Assembly (NCBI GenBank): GCA_964484805.1
Contig: CAZAGU010000004.1
Coordinates: 1 to 44,291, forward strand
From: an uncultured bacterium
Lineage (GTDB): Bacteria > Electryoneota > AABM5-125-24 > Hatepunaeales > Hatepunaeaceae
Length of the DNA stretch: 44,291 nt
Reading direction: 5' to 3'
Numbering within the stretch: position 1 is the stretch's first letter; every line of letters begins with the position of its first letter. The notes under the pieces are model-generated. The model searched no databases, was not told where the DNA came from, and worked only from the letters and a program-made list of their open reading frames with translations. Positions 1 through 10,023 of the stretch are shown piece after piece. The position numbers and the translations under genes are program-made.

Positions 1-191
1 ATAAGGGGGTTTCTCAGTGTATTGCTCACTTCGTCAAACACATCCAGACCAGCTTCCTTTTTGAATCCATTCCATGACTGCTGAAACTTCGCCGAATAAC
101 GCCCAACAGTGCGGATAATTTCGGGCAGACGCTTCCCACCGAAGAGGAGAAATGCGACAAACACGATGACCAGGATTTCCGAACTGCCCAT
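1..191 (-). CDS. Twin-arginine translocase TatA/TatB family subunit (3' end runs off the window)
   Basis: Hand translation from ATG at 191 gives MGSSEILVIVFVAFLLFGGKRLPEIIRTVG..., the TM helix + FG hinge + KRLPE amphipathic helix of TatA/B. It lies directly downstream of tatC. Confidence 0.85.
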   Translation of the reverse strand, partial: MGSSEILVIVFVAFLLFGGKRLPEIIRTVGRYSAKFQQSWNGFKKEAGLDVFDEVSNTLRNPL

Positions 192-209
192 GTTAAACTC
201 TAGTGAATT

Positions 210-1007
210 TCATTTGTTTGCCTTTTTGGGCTTGCCGGCGACAACCGCCATCAGAATGCCCACTTCATACAGAATCACCAGCGGCACGGCAAGAATCACT
301 TGAGTGAACAGATCAGGCGGTGTGATGATGGCAGCAGTGACCAGCACTCCAACATACGCCTGGCGCCGGTATTTCCGCAGATGATGGGGCTGAACTATTC
401 CAAGTTTCGCCAGAGCGAAAATAATCAGCGGAAGTTCAAAAACAACACCAAAGGCTATTAAAATCCTCAACGCGAAATCTACATATTTCGCCAGCGACCA
501 GTAAACAGCCACATCCGCCGGAGCTAGAGATTTAAAATAATTTGCGGCTATCGGCAGAATATAGTATCCGAATGCCGCACCTAAGATAAAAACTCCCGAC
601 GAGGCGAAAATTATCGGAATTACGACCCTTTTCTCGTTGGCGTAAAGCCCGGGTTTGATGAAGCCCCAAATTTGCCCAAACCAAAGCGGCGACATCACAA
701 ACAACGCCGCCACAAACCCAAGTTTCATCCTGACGACGAAGCCTTCGGTTGGGTAAAGGAGCGCTAGTGATGGCTGTTCGGATCCGCTGAATCGCTCAGA
801 GATAAACGCCAGAATGTAATCCGAAAAAAACAGACCGACCGCCGTTCCGATCACCATTATTAAGGCAATCCTGAACAACCGTCGGCGCAGCTCATCCAGA
901 TGTGTGAGAAATTCCCGGAAGTACGCTGAAATCTCAGACGCTACCGAATCTGGCTGTTCCTTGGGAGCGCTCGTCCCTGTTTGTTTACCGTCTTCTGGCA
1001 AAGTCAA
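210..1007 (-). CDS. tatC: Twin-arginine translocase subunit TatC
   Basis: [28 protein letters not shown] and AIITPPD motifs, multiple TM helices. The TTG start is uncertain. Confidence 0.95.
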   Translation of the reverse strand: MTLPEDGKQTGTSAPKEQPDSVASEISAYFREFLTHLDELRRRLFRIALIMVIGTAVGLFFSDYILAFISERFSGSEQPSLALLYPTEGFVVRMKLGFVAALFVMSPLWFGQIWGFIKPGLYANEKRVVIPIIFASSGVFILGAAFGYYILPIAANYFKSLAPADVAVYWSLAKYVDFALRILIAFGVVFELPLIIFALAKLGIVQPHHLRKYRRQAYVGVLVTAAIITPPDLFTQVILAVPLVILYEVGILMAVVAGKPKKANK

Positions 1008-1707
1008 TCATGGACTGGAACAACGGCAAGCCATCGGGTTGACCAAGCAAAGGATCACAGCGGCGTTCGGGGTGCGGCATCATGCCCAGCACATTGCCAC
1101 GATGACTGACGATTCCGGCGATGTTGTTCAGCGATCCGTTCGGATTGGCATTGGACGTAACCCGACCCTGCCGGTCGCAATAACGAAAAACAACCTGATG
1201 GTTCGCTTCCAGCAGTTCCAGATCATCCTCACTCAGGAAATAATTCCCTTCGTTGTGAGCGATGGGAATGGTCAGCACATCGCCGACATTATACTGAGAA
1301 GTGAACGGAGTGTTGTTGCGCTCGACCCGGATATTTATATCACGACAAATGAAACGCAGGTTGGAATTTCGCATCAACGCGCCGGGCAACAAACCTGCTT
1401 CAGTCAACACCTGAAAACCATTGCAGACACCCAGCACTATGCCGCCAGATTCCGCAAATTTGATGAAGCTCTCCATGATCGGAGCAAACCTGGCAATAGC
1501 GCCTGAGCGAAGATAATCGCCGTAGGAAAAGCCGCCGGGAAGCATCACGCCATCCAAGCCATCTAGCGATGTCTCACGATGCCAGACTTCACGAACGTTC
1601 TGGCCTGAGTTTTTCCCGAAGGCATCCACGGCATCATGGTCGCAGTTTGAACCTGGGAAAACAACCACGCCCCAGTTGGTAAGGCGATTTTCACCGTTTG
1701 ATTCCAT
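985..1707 (-). CDS. purQ: Phosphoribosylformylglycinamidine synthase subunit PurQ
   Basis: [26 protein letters not shown] and MMPHPER motifs. Start placed at ATG 1707, which overlaps the purS stop (TGATG). Confidence 0.96.
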   Translation of the reverse strand: MESNGENRLTNWGVVVFPGSNCDHDAVDAFGKNSGQNVREVWHRETSLDGLDGVMLPGGFSYGDYLRSGAIARFAPIMESFIKFAESGGIVLGVCNGFQVLTEAGLLPGALMRNSNLRFICRDINIRVERNNTPFTSQYNVGDVLTIPIAHNEGNYFLSEDDLELLEANHQVVFRYCDRQGRVTSNANPNGSLNNIAGIVSHRGNVLGMMPHPERRCDPLLGQPDGLPLFQSMIDFARRR

Positions 1708-1949
1708 CAGTCCAGCCATTCTATTTCGTAAGTTTCAAGCTGTGGGTTGGTTAAGAGCTTCCGGCACAGGTCTTCGATTCGTGCCTTGGATTCCTCAGAT
1801 GAGTCTGAGTTCACCTCAAGCTCGATCAATTTGCCAATTCTCACAGACTCAACCTCATCATAGCCCATCTGCTGAGAAGCTTTCTGCACAGTCTTCCCTT
1901 GTGGATCAAGAATTGAGGCTTTCAGCCTAACTGAAACACGGACTTTCAT
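1707..1949 (-). CDS. purS: FGAM synthase subunit PurS
   Basis: 80 aa with [15 protein letters not shown] and LLTNP motifs, adjacent to purQ. Confidence 0.95.
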   Translation of the reverse strand: MKVRVSVRLKASILDPQGKTVQKASQQMGYDEVESVRIGKLIELEVNSDSSEESKARIEDLCRKLLTNPQLETYEIEWLD

Positions 1950-1987
1950 TTATTCCTCGGTAAAAAAAACTCGTTGCGTAAGAGTAT

Positions 1988-2722
1988 TCACTCAAGATTC
2001 TCTTTCTCATCCTCGATCTGTGCCTGGCGCGAATGGATAAGACCCCACTCGATTGGACCCGTGAAAATGTACAACGCCATGATCGGAAACAGAGTCAACC
2101 CCGGCTTCCAGAACATCACACCGAAAACCAACACCAGAAATCCAATTGACAGAGCAGGATATTTGCAGTTCCTGATCGGCACTACTGGCATACGTCGATA
2201 TTGAATCGGGCTGACCATCAGGAAAGACAGGATCAATATCAGTGAAATTAATATTGCCGGATCAACGGTGATGTTGCCATTGTGCCGCGCAAACAGATAG
2301 TAGGCTGTCAGAGTCAAAGCTGTCGATGGTATGGGCAAGCCAATGTAGCGCCCTTTTGGTTTCAGATCATCTGTCAACAGGTTGAATTTGGCAAGGCGGA
2401 CAGCGCCGAAGCACAAGAGCGTAAAGCTGAGTAACAACCCGAAAATTCCAAGCTGTTTCAACATAATGTGATACATTAAAAAACTGGGCGCTAAGCCAAA
2501 AGAAACAATGTCAGATAAACTGTCAACCTCGCCGCCGAAATCGGACGTTTCTCGCATCAATCTCGCCACAAGCCCGTCTAATCCATCAAAAACTGAAGCT
2601 ATAAGAATCAACCAGCTTGCAGCAATCAATTTTCCTTGCGAAGCTAAGATAATCGAATAAAATCCAAGAAACAAATTTCCGAATGTTACCATATTCGGCA
2701 CCATCGCGCGAGGCTTTACCAT
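1988..2722 (-). CDS. pssA: CDP-diacylglycerol--serine O-phosphatidyltransferase
   Basis: PNMVTFGN, DGLDGLVAR...FGGEVDSLSDIVSFG and GLPIP motifs, next to psd. Confidence 0.93.
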   Translation of the reverse strand: MVKPRAMVPNMVTFGNLFLGFYSIILASQGKLIAASWLILIASVFDGLDGLVARLMRETSDFGGEVDSLSDIVSFGLAPSFLMYHIMLKQLGIFGLLLSFTLLCFGAVRLAKFNLLTDDLKPKGRYIGLPIPSTALTLTAYYLFARHNGNITVDPAILISLILILSFLMVSPIQYRRMPVVPIRNCKYPALSIGFLVLVFGVMFWKPGLTLFPIMALYIFTGPIEWGLIHSRQAQIEDEKENLE

Positions 2723-3384
2723 TGGTGGAACTCCCCGATAATCGTTTCACCGGCGGTTACTTTTTCACCGATGGAACAGAGAACATCAACATTGGGTGGC
2801 AGATAGACATCCATCCTTGATCCAAACTTGATCATGCCGATTTTATCACCGGCTTGAACTTCGTCTCCAACCAAGGCGTTAAACACTATCCTGCGCGCAA
2901 CAAAACCCGCCACCTGAGAAAACGTCACTACACCGTAAGCAGTTTTCACCTGCACCACGGTTCTTTCGTTCTCACGTTCAGCTTCAGGCTTGAATGCTGA
3001 TTTATATTCACCGGGATAATGCACAACGTCTGTGATTACACCACTGACGGGCGAGCGATTGACATGAACATTGAAAATATTCATAAATATCGAAATACGC
3101 TGCCCAGACTCGTTGGTTCGCTTGTTCTTCCAGTTCTCAACCGAAATAATTCGTCCATCTGCTGGAGCCAGAATTTTTTCGTCACCCTCCGGAGATTCGC
3201 GATCTGGATCGCGGAAAAACCGAAATACAAAAGCCAGAAAAACTCCCGTGGCAATCATGATCCAGCGTGTCGCTTTATTCCTGAACAGAAGATTTAGAAC
3301 TGCTGTAGCAGTAAAAGCAACGATGCTGGTGAAAATGACATCTTTGCCATCAGGGGCAAGCCCCAGACGAGTCAGAATACTTAT
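2716..3384 (-). CDS. psd: Phosphatidylserine decarboxylase proenzyme (short type)
   Basis: FFRDPDR, APADG, IFMNIFNVHVNRSP and the FGSR self-cleavage motif. The frame is open 42 codons upstream of ATG 3258, reaching ATA at 3384, so the start is uncertain. Confidence 0.9.
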   Translation of the reverse strand: MSILTRLGLAPDGKDVIFTSIVAFTATAVLNLLFRNKATRWIMIATGVFLAFVFRFFRDPDRESPEGDEKILAPADGRIISVENWKNKRTNESGQRISIFMNIFNVHVNRSPVSGVITDVVHYPGEYKSAFKPEAERENERTVVQVKTAYGVVTFSQVAGFVARRIVFNALVGDEVQAGDKIGMIKFGSRMDVYLPPNVDVLCSIGEKVTAGETIIGEFHQW

Positions 3385-4088
3385 GTGTTGCTGATTCGTT
3401 CGAGCACCTCATTATAAGCTTTTTCGACACCGCCCATGTCAAAACGGAACCGGTCTTTGTCCAGTTTCTTGTGGGTTTTTTTATCCCAGATTCGGCAGGT
3501 GTCAGGAGAAATCTCATCCACTAACAGAAGTTCGTGTCCCAACAAACCGTATTCAAGCTTGAAATCAACCAGTATCATACCACGCCGATCCAGGAAAGAC
3601 TTCAGAAGCGCGTTGATCTTGGCTGTGTTGCGGAACATGGTGCGAATATCTTCAGGGCGCGCCAGTTCAAGCGCGTAGGCGTGATATTCGTTAATCAATG
3701 GATCTCCAAGGTCATCGTCTTTCAGATAGAGTTCAAAGATCGGATAATCAAGCACTTTGCCGTCTTCAAACGGCAGTCTCTTCACCAGCGAACCGGTGGC
3801 GATGTTTCGCATTACCACTTCAACCTTGATAAGGTCAACCAGCTTTACAAGCTGCTCTGTGGGTGAAAGCCTCTTCACAAAGTGAGTAGGAACATGATAA
3901 CTCTCAAGATATTCAAAGAACACCGTCGAGATACTGCAATTCATCTCACCCTTACCCGTGATGGTGCCCTTCTTGGAGCCATCAAAAGCTGTGGCTGAAT
4001 CTTTGTACTCAATGATTGCAAGTCCGGGTTCCTCGGTGGTGTAAACCCGTTTGGCTTTGCCTTCATTCAGAAGTTCTACTTTTTTCAA
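3381..4088 (-). CDS. purC: SAICAR synthetase
   Basis: EGKAKRVY, EVVMRN, LVDFKLEYG, DEISPDTCRIWD and DKDRFR motifs. Confidence 0.97.
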   Translation of the reverse strand: MKKVELLNEGKAKRVYTTEEPGLAIIEYKDSATAFDGSKKGTITGKGEMNCSISTVFFEYLESYHVPTHFVKRLSPTEQLVKLVDLIKVEVVMRNIATGSLVKRLPFEDGKVLDYPIFELYLKDDDLGDPLINEYHAYALELARPEDIRTMFRNTAKINALLKSFLDRRGMILVDFKLEYGLLGHELLLVDEISPDTCRIWDKKTHKKLDKDRFRFDMGGVEKAYNEVLERISNT

Positions 4089-4148
4089 CTTAACTCACCA
4101 AATTTATTGATTTTACAAATTTTCCAGATTAAATCTGAACTAAACGAG

Positions 4149-5441
4149 CTAATGTTTCTTCACTCGAGCATACGGAATATTTGCCCGTTTTAGAACCGCT
4201 TCATCATCGAACAGTTCATCAAGCTTCTTTCCAAGAGCCGCGACAATAGATTCGTCGCCTTTCATCCGCTCGCGAATATCCGCTCCGCCTTGCCGTGATG
4301 CCAACGCATGAGCCTGCACCCGGCGGTAAATGTCATCGTCTTCAATGCCAACGATCTTCAGCGCCGTTAAAACCTGCCCCGATGCCATCAAGCCATGATC
4401 TTCAACCACATGCCGGCGCATATTTTCAACGTCAACATGCCAGTTTTCCACAACCCACTCGCACTTGTCCAGCATGTAGTACGTAAGTGAAGTCGCATCC
4501 GGGAAAATTACCCGCTCGACTGATGAATGGCTGATGTCGCGCTCGTGCCAGAGCGGAATGTTTTCAAGCGATGCGCTGACGGTCGAGCGAACGAGTCTCG
4601 CCAGACCACACAAATTTTCGGTAACAACCGGATTTTTCTTATGCGGCATTGCTGAAGAGCCACGCTGTCCCTTATTAAAGGGCTCGGCAAGTTCTTCGAC
4701 TTCGCTGTGTTGTAACAGTCGCACTTCCAATGCAATCCGTTCCACCAGACCAGCCACCAGCGCCATGGTCGAAACATACTCGCCATGACGATCTCGCGAA
4801 ATCACCTGTGTCGAAATAGGATCTGTGTCCAGTCCCAGTTTCGCACAAACACGTCGCTCTTGCTCAGGAGTGATAGTCGGGTACGTGCCCACTGCACCGG
4901 AAAGTTTGCCGACCCGGACAGTCTCAATCGCCCGTTCGATTCTCTCAAGATCACGGTCAGCTTCGGCAATCCAGCCACAGATTTTCCAACCGAGCGTTGT
5001 CGGCTCAGCGTGAACTCCGTGCGTCCTGCCCGGCATGAGCGTGTTCCTGTGGAGCTTCGCCTGAACGTCCAGAGCATCGCGAAGCTGTGCGAGCTTATCC
5101 GCAATCAATCGCCCAGCCCGAACCAATGCCATCGACAACCCCGTGTCAACGACATCATAAGAAGTAAGCCCAAGATGCAAATACCGCTTGTAATCTCCAA
5201 GCGAATCGCCCACCGATTGCAGAAAAGCGATGACATCATGGCGAACAATTTTCTCATATTCGTTCATGGTGTCAACGTCAAAGTCCGCCAGTTTGCGCAT
5301 TTCCAGCGCCGCTTCGGTGGGAATGATGCCATCTTCGGCTAAAATGTCGGCAACGGCAAGCTCAACTTCAAGAACCCGCTCCCATTTCGAGCGGTCATTC
5401 CACAGCTTGCCCATCACCTCTGGTGTATATCTGTTAATCAT
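4149..5441 (-). CDS. purB: Adenylosuccinate lyase
   Basis: RHDVIAF, GRTHG, GSSAMPHKKNP and ERDISHSSVER motifs. Confidence 0.97.
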   Translation of the reverse strand: MINRYTPEVMGKLWNDRSKWERVLEVELAVADILAEDGIIPTEAALEMRKLADFDVDTMNEYEKIVRHDVIAFLQSVGDSLGDYKRYLHLGLTSYDVVDTGLSMALVRAGRLIADKLAQLRDALDVQAKLHRNTLMPGRTHGVHAEPTTLGWKICGWIAEADRDLERIERAIETVRVGKLSGAVGTYPTITPEQERRVCAKLGLDTDPISTQVISRDRHGEYVSTMALVAGLVERIALEVRLLQHSEVEELAEPFNKGQRGSSAMPHKKNPVVTENLCGLARLVRSTVSASLENIPLWHERDISHSSVERVIFPDATSLTYYMLDKCEWVVENWHVDVENMRRHVVEDHGLMASGQVLTALKIVGIEDDDIYRRVQAHALASRQGGADIRERMKGDESIVAALGKKLDELFDDEAVLKRANIPYARVKKH

Positions 5442-5456
5442 GCTTTTCTTTTAGTA

Positions 5457-6644
5457 TCAATTACTGCTCACCTGCTTTTCGAGCTTGATGCCAATTTGCT
5501 TCTGTTTCCCATCGCGGAAAATCACGAAGTCAACTTCATCGCCAACTCGAAGGTCAGTGTTGCGAAGCGTCGCCTCAATGTCGATTGCGGTGCCAATGAT
5601 TTTGTTGTTCACACCTATGATGACATCGGTTGCCATGATGCCTGCTTTCTCGGATGGGCTGCCTTGGTCAACACCTGTGACCACCACTCCGCGAATCTCA
5701 GGCAAACCGAGCTGAACGGCAATGTTGCGGTTCACATCCTGAACGTGCAATCCAATCCAGAAATCCCGGTCTATTGATCCGCGCTGGCGCAGGGTCTCGT
5801 ATATTCCCACCAGTTTGTTAGCGGGTATGGCAAATCCAAGCCCGATACTGCCACCGCCTTCGGTGAAGATCATGGTGTTCATTCCAATGAGTTCACCTGC
5901 GGAATTCACCAGTGGCCCACCAGAATTGCCGCGGTTAATCGCCGCATCGGTCTGAACCATGTCCTGATAAATCCGCCCTTCATCATTGCGTTCGAAATCA
6001 CGGTCAATTGCTGACACGACCCCAACGGTAACGGTCGGCTGGCTGTGTATCGAAAAAAGTCCGAAAGGATTACCAATGGCAATTGACCATTCACCGATAA
6101 TCACTTCATCTGAATTGCCAAATATTATAAAAGGCAATCCTGCGCCATTGATTTTCAGCAATGCAACATCGCTATCATAGTCAAAGCCGATAATCTGCGC
6201 GTCGTACTTCTGCCCGTCTGTCATTGTCACCACCACCTGAGTAGCTTCAACAACAACATGCTGATTTGTCAGCACATAGCCGTCATCAGTTATCAAAAAT
6301 CCACTGCCAAGGTTTTCCACTTTTTTCCGATACACTTGATCGGGAAAAACCTGTCGGAAGAATGGATCCAGATAAAACGGACTGCGATAGAGATACTCAC
6401 GCACTGAGATAACATTGATTCCAACAACTGCCGGAGCGACCTGTTCGACCGCCCGGGTGATGGAATTATGCCGACTCTGAAATATTTCGTCATCATTCTG
6501 ACGCGCATCGCTCTGCAAATTGGCAAACTGAATCGTCGATTCAGGCTTTTCTGCATTAACACCAACAGGCCTGAAATAGAAAAATACAGCCACCAGCAAA
6601 ACGCCACATGCCGCGCCAATTACATAGCAAATGATGTTACGCAA
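5457..6644 (-). CDS. HtrA/DegP-family serine protease with one PDZ domain
   Basis: N-terminal TM/signal segment; GSGF, TNQHVV, DVALLK and QTDAAINRGNSGG motifs; C-terminal PDZ. Confidence 0.93.
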   Translation of the reverse strand: MRNIICYVIGAACGVLLVAVFFYFRPVGVNAEKPESTIQFANLQSDARQNDDEIFQSRHNSITRAVEQVAPAVVGINVISVREYLYRSPFYLDPFFRQVFPDQVYRKKVENLGSGFLITDDGYVLTNQHVVVEATQVVVTMTDGQKYDAQIIGFDYDSDVALLKINGAGLPFIIFGNSDEVIIGEWSIAIGNPFGLFSIHSQPTVTVGVVSAIDRDFERNDEGRIYQDMVQTDAAINRGNSGGPLVNSAGELIGMNTMIFTEGGGSIGLGFAIPANKLVGIYETLRQRGSIDRDFWIGLHVQDVNRNIAVQLGLPEIRGVVVTGVDQGSPSEKAGIMATDVIIGVNNKIIGTAIDIEATLRNTDLRVGDEVDFVIFRDGKQKQIGIKLEKQVSSN

Positions 6645-6656
6645 GAAAAAACACCC

Positions 6657-7307
6657 TTAAATGGTCTGCCCGGTTTTCTGCCAATCCGAGAGGAATTTTT
6701 CCAAGCCAATGTCCGTCAATGGGTGCTTGATGAGCATGTCAATCACCGAGTGAGGAATGGTCGCCACATCAGCGCCAGCCATCGCCGCTTGGAAAACATG
6801 AATCGGATTGCGGATGGAAGCCACCAGCACTTCAGTTTCAAATCCATAGTTGTTATAGATTTGCACAATGTCGCTGATAAGCTTCATGCCGTCATGGCTG
6901 ATATCGTCGAGCCGTCCAACGAACGGGCTGATAAACACCGCGCCAGCTTTGGCGGCAAGCAATGCCTGCATCGGCGAAAAACACAGCGTCATATTGACAG
7001 GAATATCTTGATCGGAAAGCTCAACACACGCCTTCAGACCATCGCGAGTCAAAGGAAGTTTGATCGTGATGTTGTTGTGAATGGCGGCGAGCTTTAAGCC
7101 TTCTTCGACCATCAGCTTGGTGTCAACGGCGGTGACTTCAGCCGAAACGGGGCCATCAACGATACTGCAGATTTCTGTCAACAGTTCGATGAACGGTTTG
7201 CCCTCTTTGGCTATTAAAGATGGATTGGTGGTTACACCGTCCAATACGCCCAAGTCCGCCGCATCGCGAATTTCGTCTATGTTGGCAGTGTCAATGAAAA
7301 ATTTCAT
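6657..7307 (-). CDS. tal: Transaldolase (short TalC/Fsa-type family)
   Basis: FIDTAN and GVTTNPSL motifs. VSAEV (Glu) and SPFVGR (Phe) favour transaldolase over fructose-6-phosphate aldolase. Confidence 0.88.
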   Translation of the reverse strand: MKFFIDTANIDEIRDAADLGVLDGVTTNPSLIAKEGKPFIELLTEICSIVDGPVSAEVTAVDTKLMVEEGLKLAAIHNNITIKLPLTRDGLKACVELSDQDIPVNMTLCFSPMQALLAAKAGAVFISPFVGRLDDISHDGMKLISDIVQIYNNYGFETEVLVASIRNPIHVFQAAMAGADVATIPHSVIDMLIKHPLTDIGLEKFLSDWQKTGQTI

Positions 7308-7359
7308 TTGTTACCTCTAAAAAATCTATTAAAAAAAATTCTTACGAAAATTGCCTACT

Positions 7360-8151
7360 TCAATATACAACTTTTTCCAGCGTTAAACCTTGTGGTTGTG
7401 CAAAAGTTACCACTGCATGTTCAACTGGATGATCCAAAAGCTCCTGGTAATCCTCTTCAGACAGATACCCTCTGCCCAAATCAAATAACGAGCCTACTAG
7501 CCCTCGAACCAACTGATGGAAAAATCGATTGGCAGCAATCTCAAACCTCGCTCCCCAATCTGTCTGCGTCCATTGAATTTTCTGTATCTCGCATCTGTAT
7601 CGCTCTTCTCCCGGACACTCGCGACAGAATGACTTGAAGCAGTGCTCTCCTAAAAGATACGGGATAAACAATTTAATCTTTTCATTATCCCAATCCAATT
7701 TAGGACACCATCCAAATCTCCTGAGAGTCGGATAAGGTGCATTAAGTAAATTATAATAATAAAATCTACTCTTTGCATCATATCGAGCGTGAAATTCGGC
7801 ATCAACTTCTTCAGCCGATAAGACAAATAAATCTCGACCTGTTCTTGAATTCAACGCCCCGATGATCTGCCTTGGCGTTAAACGACTGTCAACCAGATTA
7901 ATGTGGGCAACCTGCCCGCGAGCATGAACTCCGGCATCCGTCCGCCCTGCTCCATAAACCTTGCAAGCGTCGCCGACTGTCCTTTCTAGCGCTGACTCCA
8001 GATCGCCCTGAACCGTCCGGCGCTGAGGCTGAAATTGCCAACCGCTGAAGTTTGTGCCTTCGTACTCGATCACAAGCTTCATCCGCCGAACATTCGGGCT
8101 TACAACTTGCTCGCTGGTTGTTAAACCATTTTCTTCAGGCTGTAGATTCAT
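7360..8151 (-). CDS. truA: tRNA pseudouridine(38-40) synthase
   Basis: YEGTNFSGWQ, GAGRTDAGVHARGQ and FHARYDA motifs. Start placed at ATG 8151, overlapping the ecfT stop (ATGA). Confidence 0.95.
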   Translation of the reverse strand: MNLQPEENGLTTSEQVVSPNVRRMKLVIEYEGTNFSGWQFQPQRRTVQGDLESALERTVGDACKVYGAGRTDAGVHARGQVAHINLVDSRLTPRQIIGALNSRTGRDLFVLSAEEVDAEFHARYDAKSRFYYYNLLNAPYPTLRRFGWCPKLDWDNEKIKLFIPYLLGEHCFKSFCRECPGEERYRCEIQKIQWTQTDWGARFEIAANRFFHQLVRGLVGSLFDLGRGYLSEEDYQELLDHPVEHAVVTFAQPQGLTLEKVVY

Positions 8152-8954
8152 TTTAAAATCACAATGTATCCCGCACAACTGATTATCATGAGAATTATCA
8201 GAGCAAAGTAATCCAGCCGACGGAATCCCTTCTGCAAACAGGGCGTTCTGAATCCATTGATCGAAAAAGCCCGTGATTGCATGGCAAAGGTGATTTGATC
8301 CGCGCGGCGGAAAATGGAATTTACCAGCGGCACAAGTAATTGCGGCACATTCTTCAAAACTGCAATTCGGCTGTTTTGTTCCTGACCGCTTCTGCTGATT
8401 TGTGCCTGCCTGATTCTTTGAGCCTCTTCAAAGATAATCGGAATGAAGCGAACTGCCAAACCAAAAGTCAAACTTCCTCGATTCCAAAAACGTTTTAAAC
8501 GAGTAAGGAAAATTGCATCATCAGGGCTGATGTTCGCCTCGAATATTTTCATCAGATCGCCTGGATGCGTTGCGGTGAGAATCGGTCTGAAGCTCATCAC
8601 CAGCAAAGCAATCTTTCCACAGAAAAAAATCCCTGATTTCATTCCGGCATTGGTCACTGAAAACAATCTTGTCAGCCTGAAAATTTCTTCACCTTCAGTC
8701 GTGAAAGCATGGATCAGGAAAACAATGCCAAAAAACAGCCAAAACGACGATAGCACACGCAACAAGTCCTTCCAACCCGACCAAGCGCTCACCTGAAGAA
8801 TAATCACCAAAACCAGCGCCGGGAGCAACTGAAACCAGTTGGCGGCAAGAAAAACCAACGCCATGCCGATCAGCAACCCTATCATGCGGAGCCGGGCATC
8901 AATTGATTCAAGCAGGAATCCGCGATGGGAATTGGCAGAAAACGGACTGATCAT
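8148..8954 (-). CDS. ecfT: ECF transporter transmembrane component T
   Basis: DARLR, LAVRFIPII.EEA.RI..AQ.SR, LLVPL and RRAD...AMQSR motifs of the CbiQ/EcfT family. Confidence 0.85.
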   Translation of the reverse strand: MISPFSANSHRGFLLESIDARLRMIGLLIGMALVFLAANWFQLLPALVLVIILQVSAWSGWKDLLRVLSSFWLFFGIVFLIHAFTTEGEEIFRLTRLFSVTNAGMKSGIFFCGKIALLVMSFRPILTATHPGDLMKIFEANISPDDAIFLTRLKRFWNRGSLTFGLAVRFIPIIFEEAQRIRQAQISRSGQEQNSRIAVLKNVPQLLVPLVNSIFRRADQITFAMQSRAFSINGFRTPCLQKGFRRLDYFALIILMIISCAGYIVILK

Positions 8955-9214
8955 CGTTATTTGCTACCGTTTCTTTTATCAGTGTTCACGTTCAGTTCTT
9001 AACTCTTTAAATTCAAGCACAATGCCAGACAACTTACTATTATAAAAAATATATGCTCCAGTGTCAACTGGTATCATATTGAACGTTAACCGTTTCTTAG
9101 ATTATGACATTGTTTGAGAATTGTCCCTTTATTGGGAGTATTTTTATCAGAAATTTTAAAATTTTCCATCTAATTAGCGAAGTTTCGGTCTCAAATAGTT
9201 CTCCTCATCAAATC

Positions 9215-9242
9215 TTAATAATTTTTTAATACTCTGTTAATC
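9215..9242 (+). promoter_or_regulatory. Putative Pho box upstream of phoB
   Basis: TTAATA/TTAATA/TTAATC at 9215, 9226 and 9237, an exact 11-bp period typical of PhoB/PhoP sites. Confidence 0.6.
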
Positions 9243-9318
9243 TGCTGAAAACAACTATTAGTTCTTGACTAAAGGTTATTTACGGTTAAATTACGAGACA
9301 GAGGTTAAAGGAGAATTG

Positions 9319-10023
9319 ATGAAAGATTTTTGTCAGACAAAGATATTGGTCGTTGATGATGAAGAAAACATCGTTGAGGTCGTAAAGTTTAACCTTCAGA
9401 AGGTCGGCTATAGTGTTCTGACTGCATACAGCGGCGAGGATGCGCTGTCATTTGCGCAATCGAACCTGCCTGACCTGATCGTCCTCGATCTTATGTTACC
9501 GGGGATTGACGGCTTGGAAGTCTGCCGAATTCTGAAAGCTGACCCTAAAACCCGAAAAATCCGCATCCTGATGCTCTCGGCTCGCGGTGAAGAGACGGAC
9601 ATTGTGGTTGGCTTGGAAATCGGCGCTGATGACTATCTTCCCAAGCCGTTCAGCCCGCGAGTGTTATTAGCTCGTGTTAAAGCGGTACTCAGACGCAATA
9701 TTGAGGATGATGAAACAACACCCTATGGCGCTCAGACTTATGGAAAAATTAAAATCCATCCCGGTCGTCACGAAGTGACGGTTGCGGATGAAGCAATTGG
9801 TTTGACCGCCACAGAATTTCAATTGCTGGAATTTTTAATCCGCCGCCCTGGTTGGGTGTTCACACGCGCTCAAATTGTTGATGCTGTTCGCGGTGTCGAT
9901 TATCCTGTCACTGACCGATCCGTAGATGTTCATATTGCATCCCTGCGCAAGAAACTAGGCGACCAGGGACATTATATTGAAACCGTTCGAGGCATCGGCT
10001 ACAGAATGAGGGAACTAGCTTGA
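9319..10023 (+). CDS. phoB: OmpR-family response regulator PhoB/PhoP
   Basis: Receiver (VVDD, VLDLMLPG, KPF) plus winged helix (RSVDVHI..LRKKL, TVRGIGY). RBS GGAG precedes ATG 9319. It heads the pst locus. Confidence 0.9.
   Translation: MKDFCQTKILVVDDEENIVEVVKFNLQKVGYSVLTAYSGEDALSFAQSNLPDLIVLDLMLPGIDGLEVCRILKADPKTRKIRILMLSARGEETDIVVGLEIGADDYLPKPFSPRVLLARVKAVLRRNIEDDETTPYGAQTYGKIKIHPGRHEVTVADEAIGLTATEFQLLEFLIRRPGWVFTRAQIVDAVRGVDYPVTDRSVDVHIASLRKKLGDQGHYIETVRGIGYRMRELA

Noticed and set aside
189-212. TatC-TatA readthrough fusion at an in-frame TGA
   Set aside because: A shared frame has a one-in-three chance, no recoding signal is evident, and the downstream gene has its own ATG.
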